This document shows positions 49,335 to 58,902 of a stretch of 64,000 bases of DNA, one piece after another. The stretch covers positions 1,568,001 to 1,632,000 of the forward strand of contig CAWCYI010000004.1 of the NCBI GenBank assembly GCA_963799845.1, read 5' to 3'. Numbering within the stretch: position 1 is the first letter of the stretch; each line of letters starts with the position of its first letter. The position numbers and the translations under genes are program-made. A model generated the notes under the pieces. The model had not been told where the DNA came from. It saw only the letters and a program-made list of their open reading frames with translations, and ran no database searches. Origin of the DNA: an uncultured Nitrososphaerota archaeon. GTDB taxonomy: Archaea > Thermoproteota > Nitrososphaeria > Nitrososphaerales > CADDZS01.

Positions 49335-50134
49335 CTAACGATTGAGAAATCCCAGAACTACCTTCGAGAATTCATCGGGCATTTGATCGACCATCGGGAC
49401 CATTCCGCCGGGGATCTCGACCATCTCGCATCCACTGATCCCGTTCACAATCTTCTTCAGATCGGGTAGCTGTACGGATCTTTCGTGCCGCACAGTGCGA
49501 GCGTAGGTGCTTTGATCAACGAAAGTTTCTCGGGAACGGGATACAAGGCAACGACGTGATGTCCCAACTCGATGTTTTCTTTCGCTTTTAGAGCATCTGT
49601 AACAAATCTGGTGAGAAGATCCGATCTATTCTTGGGATAAAAGGCCATCCTGATCTGCCACATTTCGGTCAGGTGCGAGCCGTCCTGTTTCAGTTCGACT
49701 TTATCAACGGGAGGTCTCGTGAGAATTTCGTTTCGGCGTTCTTCATCAACGTACGGGGCGGCAGAGAGTACCAGTTTATTCACACGCTCTGGATGCGAGG
49801 CTGCGATTTCAATTGCGATGACTGCCCCGGTATGATGGCCAACAACGTGAGCCCGCCTTATTCCAAGCGCATCCAGCAATTCAACGGCTGCTGTCCCAAA
49901 ATCCTCGACAGTTGTGTCGTTTGCAAGAGGCCTGTATGAATCTCCATAGCCTACTGTGTCCATTGCAACAACGCGAAAGTGTCTCGCAAATTCCGGTATG
50001 ACGTCCAGGAATTCGTCTGACGATCTTGGAGTCTGGTGCAGCATCAGGACGGCTTCTCCGCGACCAGCGGTCCGATAATGGATCTGGCCCGAAGGAGTGT
50101 CCGCAAAAGCGCGTTTTATTTCTACATGCGGCAT
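49335..50134 (-). CDS. alpha/beta-hydrolase-fold protein with non-canonical GHHTG elbow (frameshift near 49463)
   Basis: LHQTPRS, MDT.GYG.S, VVGHHTG and G.KD. Adding one C near 49463 extends the frame to DLKKIVNGISGCEMVEIPGGMVPMVDQMPDEFSKVVLGFLNR*. Confidence 0.85.
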
Positions 50135-50190
50135 TTTGATTCACCCGTTATAGCCCAACTATTAAGCTGATTTTAAGCGGGAGCCAAACA

Positions 50191-51105
50191 CTACCGCACA
50201 GTCTGAAGTCTCGGATCAAGCTGTTCCCTAATCCCGTCGCCAAAAAGATTCAGACCGACAATCACAGTCGCAACTACGACGAGTGTGATGAGTACAGGCC
50301 AGGGATCAAACTGCAGGTAAGGCAGCCCCTCTGCGATCATCGCTCCCCAGGAGACAACGCTGGTGGGAATCCCGATCCCCACAAAACTCAGCAACACCTC
50401 AACATAAATTGCGATGCTGATCTCAAGTGTTACGAGAACGGTAATGAGCGGCACCGTATTTGGCAGGACTTCGGATCTAATTATCTTGAATTTGCTGTAA
50501 CCGACCGATTCGGCTGCTGTGATGAAATCTTTTTCCCTTATGTTGAAAACTTCTCCGCGCACGACGCGAGCAAATCTCGTCCAGTCCACCACGACTATCG
50601 CGAGTATAACGTTGTTAATCGAGCTACCCAGGATCAGAATTAGAGCAATCGCGAGCAAAACGGGTGGTATCGACATCCACATGTCGACGACTCTCATCAC
50701 GACCGCGTCCAGGCGGCCCCTGAAGTATCCAGAAATGAGGCCTATGGGGGTTCCGATCAGGGCGACGAAAAACGCGCTTATAAGACCGATGTATGCCGCA
50801 ATCTGAAAGCCGTAAAGCAATCGGCTATAAATGTCCCTGCCCAGGCTATCCGTACCCAACGGATGGGCGCTTTGTCCGCCAGCCCATATTGGCAGCTTGT
50901 AGCTGTTCGTGAGATCTTGATGACTGGGATTCGTGCTTGCCAAAAGTGGACCGATGAGCGCCATGATCAATAATACCACCAGAACTATAAAGCCAAACGT
51001 AGTTCTCTTGTTACCTCTGATGAGCCCCAATAGGAAATCGAGTCTTGGAGTCGCCTTGTTTCGAGGCTTTTCCTTGCTCATTTCTTGCGCATCCGATTCC
51101 ATCAA
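50191..51105 (-). CDS. peptide ABC transporter permease (OppC/DppC-like)
   Basis: HPLGTD.LGRD..SR, F..AA...G.S EAA loop, LPN and GDG.R..LDPR. Confidence 0.93.
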   Translation of the reverse strand: MMESDAQEMSKEKPRNKATPRLDFLLGLIRGNKRTTFGFIVLVVLLIMALIGPLLASTNPSHQDLTNSYKLPIWAGGQSAHPLGTDSLGRDIYSRLLYGFQIAAYIGLISAFFVALIGTPIGLISGYFRGRLDAVVMRVVDMWMSIPPVLLAIALILILGSSINNVILAIVVVDWTRFARVVRGEVFNIREKDFITAAESVGYSKFKIIRSEVLPNTVPLITVLVTLEISIAIYVEVLLSFVGIGIPTSVVSWGAMIAEGLPYLQFDPWPVLITLVVVATVIVGLNLFGDGIREQLDPRLQTVR

Positions 51106-51130
51106 ATTATGTCCAGCTCTCCTTCACAAA

Positions 51131-52138
51131 TTAACTTCCGTAACGGATCTTCGGATTGAAGTAAGAGTATAGCAAATCTACCACAAGATTGACAATAACG
51201 ACGACGAGCGCGTAAAACATCACCACCGCCTGGACCAGCGGAAGATCTTTGTAGGAGATCGCCGTGAATATCATGCTGCCCAATCCAGGCCATCCGAAGA
51301 TCAACTCGATAACAATGCTTCCTCCCATCAGAAAGGTGAACTGGACGCCGAGAATAGTCAGCGCCGGTATCATCGCGTTCTTTAGGGCACGTACGTAGAC
51401 GATATACGCTTCGCTCAGGCCCTTCATACGATCGGTCACGATATAGTCTTCATGCAGGACGTCGATCATACTAGATCTGACAGTCCTCTGAATGATCGCG
51501 GTCAGAACGAGGGCAAGGGCGAGAGCGGGGAGGATGAGGTGTTGAAGAACCGAGAAGAGAGCAGGAAGATTTCCGGTGATGATGCTATCAATTATCAGAT
51601 AACCCGTCACCTGATGCAAGTTGATGAATGGATCAATCTCGCCAGAAACCGGGAGGATCCGGAGATATGCCCCAAAAACCAGAATGAAAATTAGCCCCCA
51701 GACAAAATCGGGGATACCAAAAGCGAGGTACGAGAAAGATCTGGCAACGGTGTCTGATTTCGAGTTTTCCCTGAGAGCGGATAACACTCCTATTCCGACC
51801 CCAAGAATTAGGGCAATGACCACGGCTGAGATTACGAGCTCGATAGTCGCGGGAAGCTTTTCCAAGATTACATTCACGACCGGTTGGTTGTAGTACAGGG
51901 AAGTGCCGAAATTTCCCGACAGAACATCCTTGAGCCAGATGAAGTACTGTTGATAAAGCGGCAGATTTTCCCCGAGAGCTATTCTTTCAGCTTGTATCTG
52001 AGCCTGCGTCGCTCCGACCCCGACCATAAGCAGGGCAGGATCGCCCGGCATTACCCTGAAGAGAACGAAACCGATGATCGAGACGCCGAACAGGGGGAAG
52101 ATGCTGAACAGGATCCGCTTCAGGATATAGGTCAGCAT
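51131..52138 (-). CDS. peptide ABC transporter permease (OppB/DppB-like)
   Basis: MPGDP, G.FG.S, LPAT.EL, HLILPA, RSSM..VL.EDY, E.IFGWPGLG and D.P.VQ. Confidence 0.93.
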   Translation of the reverse strand: MLTYILKRILFSIFPLFGVSIIGFVLFRVMPGDPALLMVGVGATQAQIQAERIALGENLPLYQQYFIWLKDVLSGNFGTSLYYNQPVVNVILEKLPATIELVISAVVIALILGVGIGVLSALRENSKSDTVARSFSYLAFGIPDFVWGLIFILVFGAYLRILPVSGEIDPFINLHQVTGYLIIDSIITGNLPALFSVLQHLILPALALALVLTAIIQRTVRSSMIDVLHEDYIVTDRMKGLSEAYIVYVRALKNAMIPALTILGVQFTFLMGGSIVIELIFGWPGLGSMIFTAISYKDLPLVQAVVMFYALVVVIVNLVVDLLYSYFNPKIRYGS

Positions 52139-52234
52139 CTTCGGTCACTTAGGCAGCAGATCAGCTCTTTCAGAGAGGTTTAGCCTCCATCCTTCCACTG
52201 CAGAATTTTTTGGAAAGAGGAAAGCCCCTTGATA

Positions 52235-53911
52235 TCAGGACCAGGACATGCTGTATGGCCTCATCCAGCCCTGCGGCCACGGAGTGAAATTGAGAGTGCT
52301 CTTCTGTATGATCGGAACGTATTCCTGATAGAGCGGTATCAACATACCGTTGGTTACGGCCCATTCGGCTGCCGCCTTTCCAGCAGCATAGCGTGTGGGG
52401 TTGTCCGGGGAAGTGAAAACGGGCGCTAGCATCTGATTTGCGGTCGCCATCAAGCCGGTGACATCGGTCGCTTTGGACGCGGTCAGCCCTGCCCACATTG
52501 AGAAGGGACTGCTCGGCGACATGATATAGCCAATGTCATCCTCGGGATCTCCCGTGGAATTCGACCAGTCGTTAAACAACAAAGCTGCTTGGGTACCCAT
52601 ATCCCTGTAATCAAAGTACTGAGCCTGTGTCATCGTAGTCAATTCCACGTTGATTGCATTCGTGTTTTCCCACATTTGCTGGCACGCCTGAGCGATGTTG
52701 TAATCTCCGGATATTGCGCCGTTCGTAGTGTAGACGGGTAGTGTTAATTTATTGCCCGAGTTGTAACCAGCGGCGGATAGCAGGGACTGGGCTTGACTCA
52801 GGTTAAACGGGGTGGAAAAGTTCGGATCCCAAGATTGGTATCCAGGTTCTTCTGGAAGATAGTCGATTTCACCAATTCCTCCTAGAACGTTTGTAACCAG
52901 ACTATTCCTGTCCAGTGCCAAGTTCAGGGCTTGTCTCACTCCCGCATTAGAGAACGCGGGGAAGTAAGGAGAGACAAAAAAGCATGCGACTGCGGAGACC
53001 GATCCAGTTTGGCCCAGTAGTCCGTTCGTCGTTGAAAGCTGCTTGTAAACAGAGGTGTCGATCGATTGCGTAATGTCTGAAGTTCCCGATTGAACTTCCG
53101 AAGCCCTTGAAGAGGGATCAGTAATCTCCTTAAAAACTGCGTTGGGTATCGGCGCTACCCCTTGCCAGTAGTTGTCAAACGCCTGCAATTTTAGAATCCC
53201 GTTTTGATGGCTGACGAACTTGTAAGGGCCACAAGATATTGGATTTGCGGCAAATCCGTCGGCGCCCTGCGCTGTGTAGTAAGCTTTCGGAATTATGAAG
53301 GCGTCCAGAAAACCGAACCAGACCGGAAATCCTGGATCGAATCTGGAGAGCTGCAACGTCAGTGAAGTGCTGCTGTTGACCGTGAAATTCGAAATGATAT
53401 TCCAAACTCCTGCATAAGCGAAGCCAGAAGTGGCTGCGGTCTGCATTGAAAACGCGATGTCATCCGCAGTCAGGTCAGTCCCATCGTGAAAGGTCACTCC
53501 GCTCCTCACAGTCAGGTTGAGGACCGGATTGGAGGACGGATTGGGACCCCACGACCAAGCTGAAACAACACCCGGCTGGAAATTCAGGTTTCGGTCTTGG
53601 AGCTCGTATCTCTCGTAAATCGCGTCGAGGGGTGATTCCTGGATGCCGTTGTTATTCAACCGATACGGATGTAAGTCGGTGATTTGATAAGGCCACGCAA
53701 TCGTAACTGTGTCTGGCTTGCTTGAGGACTTTGAGCTCAAGTAATAGTAGGCTCCTCCGCCTACCGCAGCAACCACGACAACACCTGCCACAGCATACTT
53801 TAGGAAACCTCTTCGAGAAACTTTCATTTTCGGCTGAGCCGCCGGAGCATTAGGATCGGTAGTTGGACTTTCAGGATTTGGAGGATTTGGATTTGGATTT
53901 GGAGTCGACAA
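52235..53911 (-). CDS. family-5 ABC substrate-binding protein with twin-arginine signal
   Basis: SRRGFLK followed by a hydrophobic helix, then R.GVTFHDG..LTADD..FS, GPYK and VRQAL..ALDR. Pro/Asn-rich N-terminus. Confidence 0.92.
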   Translation of the reverse strand: MSTPNPNPNPPNPESPTTDPNAPAAQPKMKVSRRGFLKYAVAGVVVVAAVGGGAYYYLSSKSSSKPDTVTIAWPYQITDLHPYRLNNNGIQESPLDAIYERYELQDRNLNFQPGVVSAWSWGPNPSSNPVLNLTVRSGVTFHDGTDLTADDIAFSMQTAATSGFAYAGVWNIISNFTVNSSTSLTLQLSRFDPGFPVWFGFLDAFIIPKAYYTAQGADGFAANPISCGPYKFVSHQNGILKLQAFDNYWQGVAPIPNAVFKEITDPSSRASEVQSGTSDITQSIDTSVYKQLSTTNGLLGQTGSVSAVACFFVSPYFPAFSNAGVRQALNLALDRNSLVTNVLGGIGEIDYLPEEPGYQSWDPNFSTPFNLSQAQSLLSAAGYNSGNKLTLPVYTTNGAISGDYNIAQACQQMWENTNAINVELTTMTQAQYFDYRDMGTQAALLFNDWSNSTGDPEDDIGYIMSPSSPFSMWAGLTASKATDVTGLMATANQMLAPVFTSPDNPTRYAAGKAAAEWAVTNGMLIPLYQEYVPIIQKSTLNFTPWPQGWMRPYSMSWS

Positions 53912-54021
53912 ACTAGTCTCCGCAAAATTGACGCGTCTATTTATCCTTTACAGTGAATTTGGCGCTTTATTCAATTCACAAGTTCAAAAACGAGGCATTT
54001 TTTGTACCAAATAATTCGAAA

Positions 54022-54036
54022 AAATGTCGGACATTT
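54022..54036. promoter_or_regulatory. palindromic candidate operator in a divergent promoter
   Basis: AAATGTC-G-GACATTT, a perfect 7-1-7 inverted repeat between the SBP gene and amidase 1. Confidence 0.4.
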
Positions 54037-54096
54037 GGTCGATGAAACAATTTCACGCCGTCAATTCTTTTAACTTGAAATCGAGTTCGCCTCCCC

Positions 54097-55659
54097 ATGG
54101 ATGAAACTTACACCGTCAAGCGACCTCTTGTCAAGATCCGAAGACCCTCGCCGGAAAAATTGAGGGAGCTGGGCAGACAGCATTCGATGAACTTGAGCGA
54201 TGAAGAAGTTGAAGGAATCTCGCTCATTTGTGACGACATGCTAAAAGCTGTGGATCAGCTTGACAGGATCTCAGAGCCGGCAAAACAAGCCAAATATTTG
54301 GAAAGAGATCCGGGTCGAAGGCCCCACCTTGGGGAGGATCCGTTCAACGTTTTCATAACAAAATGTCACGTGAAAGGATCAGACTCTGGACTTCTGCTGG
54401 GAAAGAAGATAGGGCTCAAAGATAACATCTCGCTTAGAGGAGTACCGATGACCAACGCCTCTCGGCTTGGTGAACACTACATTCCAAACGTTGACGCTAC
54501 GGTTGTAACGAAGCTTCTGGATGCTGGGGGCGTGATAGTTGGAAAACTGAACATGGACGACTTTTCGTTCTCTGGAACTTCCGAGACCAGTTTTTTTGGG
54601 GCAGTCAGGAACCCCCTGAACCCCGAATACAGCCCTGGCGGGTCATCTTCGGCGTCGGGAGCAGCCGTCGCCGCAAATGAGGTAGATATTGCGCTAGGAG
54701 TTGATCAAGGCGGGAGTGCACGGACTCCGGCATCCTGTTGCGGGGTAGTTTCGATAAAACCAACGCACGGACTCGTGTCAAGTTACGGACTCGCGTACAT
54801 GGATTATACGATCGATCACATCTGTCCCATCGCGAGAACAGTTGAGGAGGTTGCGATGGCGCTCCAAGTGATGGCGGGTTTCGATCCAAAAGATCCCGAG
54901 TGGGTCAGATCGGAGGTACGTGCGGAAAACTACTACGATTTGCTCCTGAAATCCGATCTTAAGATCGACGGACTCCGAGTTGGCGTCATTAGGGAAACGC
55001 TGGCGTGGGATGGAGCTGATCCCGAGATTTTGGAATGTTTCGGCGTCGCTACGCAAAAATTGGAGGAGTTAGGCGCAAAGTGCTCAGAAGTCTCGATCCC
55101 GTCAATAGAAATAACGCCAGCCATCAGGATCGCTACCCTGGTTCACGCTACTGATGCGATGATAGATTCCTGCGGTGAAGGGTACTGGCATGGGGGTGAA
55201 TACAATCCGGCATGGAATGAATTCCTCGGGCGGGCAAAAAGCACCATGGCGGACTATCTTCCTCCACTGCTCAAGAGCACTCTGATTCTAGGCAGGTATC
55301 TGCGTACAGAGTTTTACAGCACGTATCATTCGAAGGCGATGAACCTCAAAAACGTGCTAGACTCGGAGGTCGAGAACGCCTTTGGAAAATTCGACGTCCT
55401 GGCCTGCCCAACCAATATCGTGAAGCCGCCCCGCCTCAAGGATAAGATCGAGTTTGCCGAGATAAATCGGAGGGGCTTCATGCTATCAAGCAACACGCAA
55501 CCGTTCAACATGACCGGAAATCCAGCGATCACCTTACCGTGCGGAATGAGGGGAGGACTGCCCGTCGCGCTTCAACTTGTGGCTAAGCACTGGAACGAAT
55601 CACTGCTGTTCAAGGTGGCGCGAGCTTTCGAAAAGAACTTTGACTGGAAAACGCTGTGA
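54097..55659 (+). CDS. amidase-signature family amidase (copy 1)
   Basis: GLKDN (Lys), PGGSSSASG (cis-Ser), DQGGSAR.PA (nucleophile Ser) and N.TG.PA..LPC. Confidence 0.93.
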   Translation: MDETYTVKRPLVKIRRPSPEKLRELGRQHSMNLSDEEVEGISLICDDMLKAVDQLDRISEPAKQAKYLERDPGRRPHLGEDPFNVFITKCHVKGSDSGLLLGKKIGLKDNISLRGVPMTNASRLGEHYIPNVDATVVTKLLDAGGVIVGKLNMDDFSFSGTSETSFFGAVRNPLNPEYSPGGSSSASGAAVAANEVDIALGVDQGGSARTPASCCGVVSIKPTHGLVSSYGLAYMDYTIDHICPIARTVEEVAMALQVMAGFDPKDPEWVRSEVRAENYYDLLLKSDLKIDGLRVGVIRETLAWDGADPEILECFGVATQKLEELGAKCSEVSIPSIEITPAIRIATLVHATDAMIDSCGEGYWHGGEYNPAWNEFLGRAKSTMADYLPPLLKSTLILGRYLRTEFYSTYHSKAMNLKNVLDSEVENAFGKFDVLACPTNIVKPPRLKDKIEFAEINRRGFMLSSNTQPFNMTGNPAITLPCGMRGGLPVALQLVAKHWNESLLFKVARAFEKNFDWKTL

Positions 55660-55664
55660 TCGGT

Positions 55665-56606
55665 TCATCCGAGTTTTCCGGCGACGAGACTTTCAATAAA
55701 GGTGGGATCGGTTCCAACAACGGGATATTCGACGCCTAATTTTTCCATAGACTTTAGGCGGTCGATCAACTTGTCCTTGTTACCCACGACTGCCATCGAT
55801 TCCACAATCTCATTTGTTACTCTGTCAAATGAGCCCTTCCTAACTTCTGATGCAATTTTAGGATCAAAGCCCGAATGCTCTAACAGCGTCTCTCCAATGC
55901 CGGGAAAAGAGAGAAATCGTTCTGCAAACGGTCGCGCGATTGACAATCCCTCCGATACATCGGTCGTGGGAACGTATGTGACATTGCACGCGACCTGAAA
56001 GCTCTTCGCTCCCAGCGTGCTCTTGACGAGGTTCATTGCATGGTTTATGTAACCGAGAGACGAAAAATTGGAAAGCGCGATACCGTCTCCGAAATTCGCC
56101 GCGAACTTTATCGCCTTATCTTGAATTCCTGGTATGAAGACTCGAAGGGAGTATTTCTTTTCGCGGATCGAGTTGATCCCGTGAATCTTGAAATACCTTC
56201 CATCAAGGCTCCATTCGTTTCCGGTAGAAACATTTCGTAATATCTTCACGACCTCTTGAAGTCTTTCTAGTGGCCTACTAGAATCGAGGCCGAGCGCGTC
56301 GGATGTTGAGGGCGAACCCGGTCCCACCCCAAGTATGAATCGATCGCCGAGGAGATCGATGCAGCTCAATGCTGCTCCCGCGAGTGCAACAGGATGGCGG
56401 GAGTACTGATTTACCACATCGGTCATGAAACCCATTTCTGGACATCTTTCCGAGAGAGCAGCAATTGTAACAAAAACATCGGGCCCAGAATTCTCCAAGT
56501 CTTCGGAGAGCGCGATACCCCAGAATCCGGCTTTACTCGCCCTTCTCGCGAGGTCTATCATTCTTGAAAAATCAGTCTGACCCCTAAGGCTGAGCAAGGG
56601 CTTCAA
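55665..56606 (-). CDS. LLM-class flavin-dependent oxidoreductase
   Basis: GFWG....E, VVN.YSRHP..LA, DRFILGVGPG and A..FGDG. Likely start TTG 56606 (ORF track gives 56693). Confidence 0.82.
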   Translation of the reverse strand: MKPLLSLRGQTDFSRMIDLARRASKAGFWGIALSEDLENSGPDVFVTIAALSERCPEMGFMTDVVNQYSRHPVALAGAALSCIDLLGDRFILGVGPGSPSTSDALGLDSSRPLERLQEVVKILRNVSTGNEWSLDGRYFKIHGINSIREKKYSLRVFIPGIQDKAIKFAANFGDGIALSNFSSLGYINHAMNLVKSTLGAKSFQVACNVTYVPTTDVSEGLSIARPFAERFLSFPGIGETLLEHSGFDPKIASEVRKGSFDRVTNEIVESMAVVGNKDKLIDRLKSMEKLGVEYPVVGTDPTFIESLVAGKLG

Positions 56607-56647
56607 GATTGTTTCAATGATTGCAATACACTTGAGGGTATTAGAAT

Positions 56648-56671
56648 ATTGATCATTGAAATTGATCATTG
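56648..56671. promoter_or_regulatory. direct repeat ATTGATCATTG x2 in a divergent promoter
   Basis: Copies at 56648-56658 and 56661-56671, each containing palindromic TGATCA, between the LLM gene and amidase 2. Confidence 0.4.
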
Positions 56672-56718
56672 CAAATTCTCCGAGAAACCTCATTAATCAG
56701 TGGAACCGGATAAATGGC

Positions 56719-58260
56719 GTGCATCTCATTCGCCCTAAAGGAAAAATTATCCGCCCATCGCTCGAAAAGATCAAGAGTATTGCAAATGAGCTTTACATGA
56801 GTCCCTCAGATCAGGAATTAAACGACATGCTTGATCTGTCCGATGGCTTGTTGAACGAGTTTGACAGGCTCGATGAACTCATAGAACCAGCTCCAGAGAC
56901 CGAGTTTCCGATCCGCGAATCGATCCACAGGCCTTCGAGGGAAGAAGATCCGTATAACTTGTTCATTACAAAGTGCTTGGTGCGCGGCGCAGAAAGCGGT
57001 CCGCTAAAAGGAAAGAAAGTTGGACTGAAAGATAACATCAGCCTGCGCGGAATCCCGATGACCAACGGGTCTAGGGCCTGCCAGGGTTACATCCCGAACG
57101 TCGATGCAACTGTTGCAACCAGATTGCTGAGAGCGGGGGCCGATATTGTGGGAAAATTGAACATGGATGACATGTCGTTTTCGGGGACTTCTGAATCTAG
57201 TTTCTACGGAGCTGTGAGGAATCCAAGGAATCCCGAGTACAGTCCTGGAGGCTCTTCATCTGCTTCTGGTGCCGCAGTTGCAAGTGGAGATATTGATATC
57301 GCAATTGCGGTAGACCAAGCAGGAAGCGCGCGCATGCCGGCCGCCTGGAGCGGAGTGACGAGCATAAAGGCAACGCACGGATTGGTTCCGAGTTTTGGTC
57401 TGACGTACATGGATCAGACAATCGACTTCGTATGTCCGATAACTAGGACAGTGGCTGAGCTCGCGCAAGCGCTCGAAGTAATAGCTGGAGACGATGACAA
57501 GGATCCCCAATGGGTCCGGGGGCCATTGAAGGTGGAGCAGTATACCAAACAACTGAAACGTGACATGAAAGGCTTGAGGGTTGCTCTCGTGAAGGAATCG
57601 ATGGAGTGGAGCGGCAGCGAGCCCGATGTCAGCGATGCGGTGAGAGACTCCCTCGCAAAGATGTCTGGAGTAGGAGCAAGCATAGAAGAGATCTCGATTC
57701 CAATGTTCAAAGATGCTCCCGCAATTTGGGCGGGAATCTTGATTTCCGGCTTTGCGGCGACAATCGAATCAAACGGAGAAGGCTACGGGCACGAAGGTTA
57801 CTATAACACGCACTGGAACGAGTTTTTCGGCAAAGCGAGAAAAACAATGAGCTCCGAGTTCCCTCCGCTCGTGAAGATCTCGCTAATAATTGCGAGGTAT
57901 CTCAGGAACGAATACTTCGGAGTCCACCATTCAAAAGCGCAGAACCTCAGGAGACTGCTTCGAGACGAGATCAACAAACAGTTTGAAAAGTACGATATTC
58001 TCGCGCTGCCGACGACTCCGATGAAGCCGACGAAGTTGAGAGACTCTATTTCATTCAAGGAGATGGCGATGACGGGGACGTTCGTGATAAACAATACCTG
58101 TCCGTTCAACGTCACGGGTAACCCGGCAATCAGCATACCATGTGCGACGCGCCTCGGTCTTCCGGTCGGATTGCAATTCGTATCAAAGCACTTCAACGAA
58201 GCTGTACTTTTCCACGCGGGGTATGCATTCGAACAGTCGTTTGATTGGAGGAAGCTCTAG
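56719..58260 (+). CDS. amidase-signature family amidase (copy 2)
   Basis: GLKDN, PGGSSSASG and DQAGSARMPA. Likely start GTG 56719 (ORF track gives 56656). Confidence 0.93.
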   Translation: MHLIRPKGKIIRPSLEKIKSIANELYMSPSDQELNDMLDLSDGLLNEFDRLDELIEPAPETEFPIRESIHRPSREEDPYNLFITKCLVRGAESGPLKGKKVGLKDNISLRGIPMTNGSRACQGYIPNVDATVATRLLRAGADIVGKLNMDDMSFSGTSESSFYGAVRNPRNPEYSPGGSSSASGAAVASGDIDIAIAVDQAGSARMPAAWSGVTSIKATHGLVPSFGLTYMDQTIDFVCPITRTVAELAQALEVIAGDDDKDPQWVRGPLKVEQYTKQLKRDMKGLRVALVKESMEWSGSEPDVSDAVRDSLAKMSGVGASIEEISIPMFKDAPAIWAGILISGFAATIESNGEGYGHEGYYNTHWNEFFGKARKTMSSEFPPLVKISLIIARYLRNEYFGVHHSKAQNLRRLLRDEINKQFEKYDILALPTTPMKPTKLRDSISFKEMAMTGTFVINNTCPFNVTGNPAISIPCATRLGLPVGLQFVSKHFNEAVLFHAGYAFEQSFDWRKL

Positions 58261-58294
58261 ACTGTGCGTCTCTGGAATTCTGTCTTAGTACGGG

Positions 58295-58894
58295 TTGTCT
58301 CCCAGTCCGACGTACAGATCAAGTAAGACGATCGAGTTGACCGTTCAATCGGCATTGCCGGTTACTGAACGTTGGGCCCAGTTCGGACCCCGAAAGAAAT
58401 CTTGGCTGATTAACATTCCCAAAGGAGGAGTCTGCCTCTCAACTTTCATAGTAGCTTCCAAGAATGATTCGATTCTTTTAGGGCTGCCGAGATCTAGGCT
58501 TGAATGGCCAGAGAAGGGAGGAGAACGTTTCTCCGGTGCCGTGGAACTAGAAAAAACTAACACCTGGATTCTCCCCGCGACCCACCTTCTGATCGGAGAA
58601 AATCCTGACGACGCTTCGAAAAGGATTTCGAAAGAGTTCACAGGGCTCAAGGGATTACCAAAATTTGCAATGATACAATCTCACACCCGTCCGGCGAAGA
58701 TCTGGTGGAAACACGTCGGGAATGCGGTTCACTGGGACTTGTGTTTTGTCTACAATCTGGAGATCGACGGAGTACCCAAAAAGCTGAAGCCTTGGTGGAA
58801 AGAAATGAAGATGTTCGGACGAGAGGAAATCCATAATCTTAAGATTGGAAGGGGCCACCGAGACATTTTAAAAGAAGGCGACTATATCGACTAG
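58295..58894 (+). CDS. NUDIX-like protein with degenerate box
   Basis: W.LPA.HL..GE.PD.A..RI..E resembles a NUDIX box. Also HWDLCFVY. Confidence 0.6.
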   Translation: MSPSPTYRSSKTIELTVQSALPVTERWAQFGPRKKSWLINIPKGGVCLSTFIVASKNDSILLGLPRSRLEWPEKGGERFSGAVELEKTNTWILPATHLLIGENPDDASKRISKEFTGLKGLPKFAMIQSHTRPAKIWWKHVGNAVHWDLCFVYNLEIDGVPKKLKPWWKEMKMFGREEIHNLKIGRGHRDILKEGDYID

Positions 58895-58902
58895 CCCTTG
58901 CT

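Noticed and set aside
53870-53905. GGATTT hexamer repeats as a contingency locus
   Set aside because: They are in-frame and imperfect and encode a PNPNPNPPNP low-complexity leader, so copy-number change would not shift the frame.
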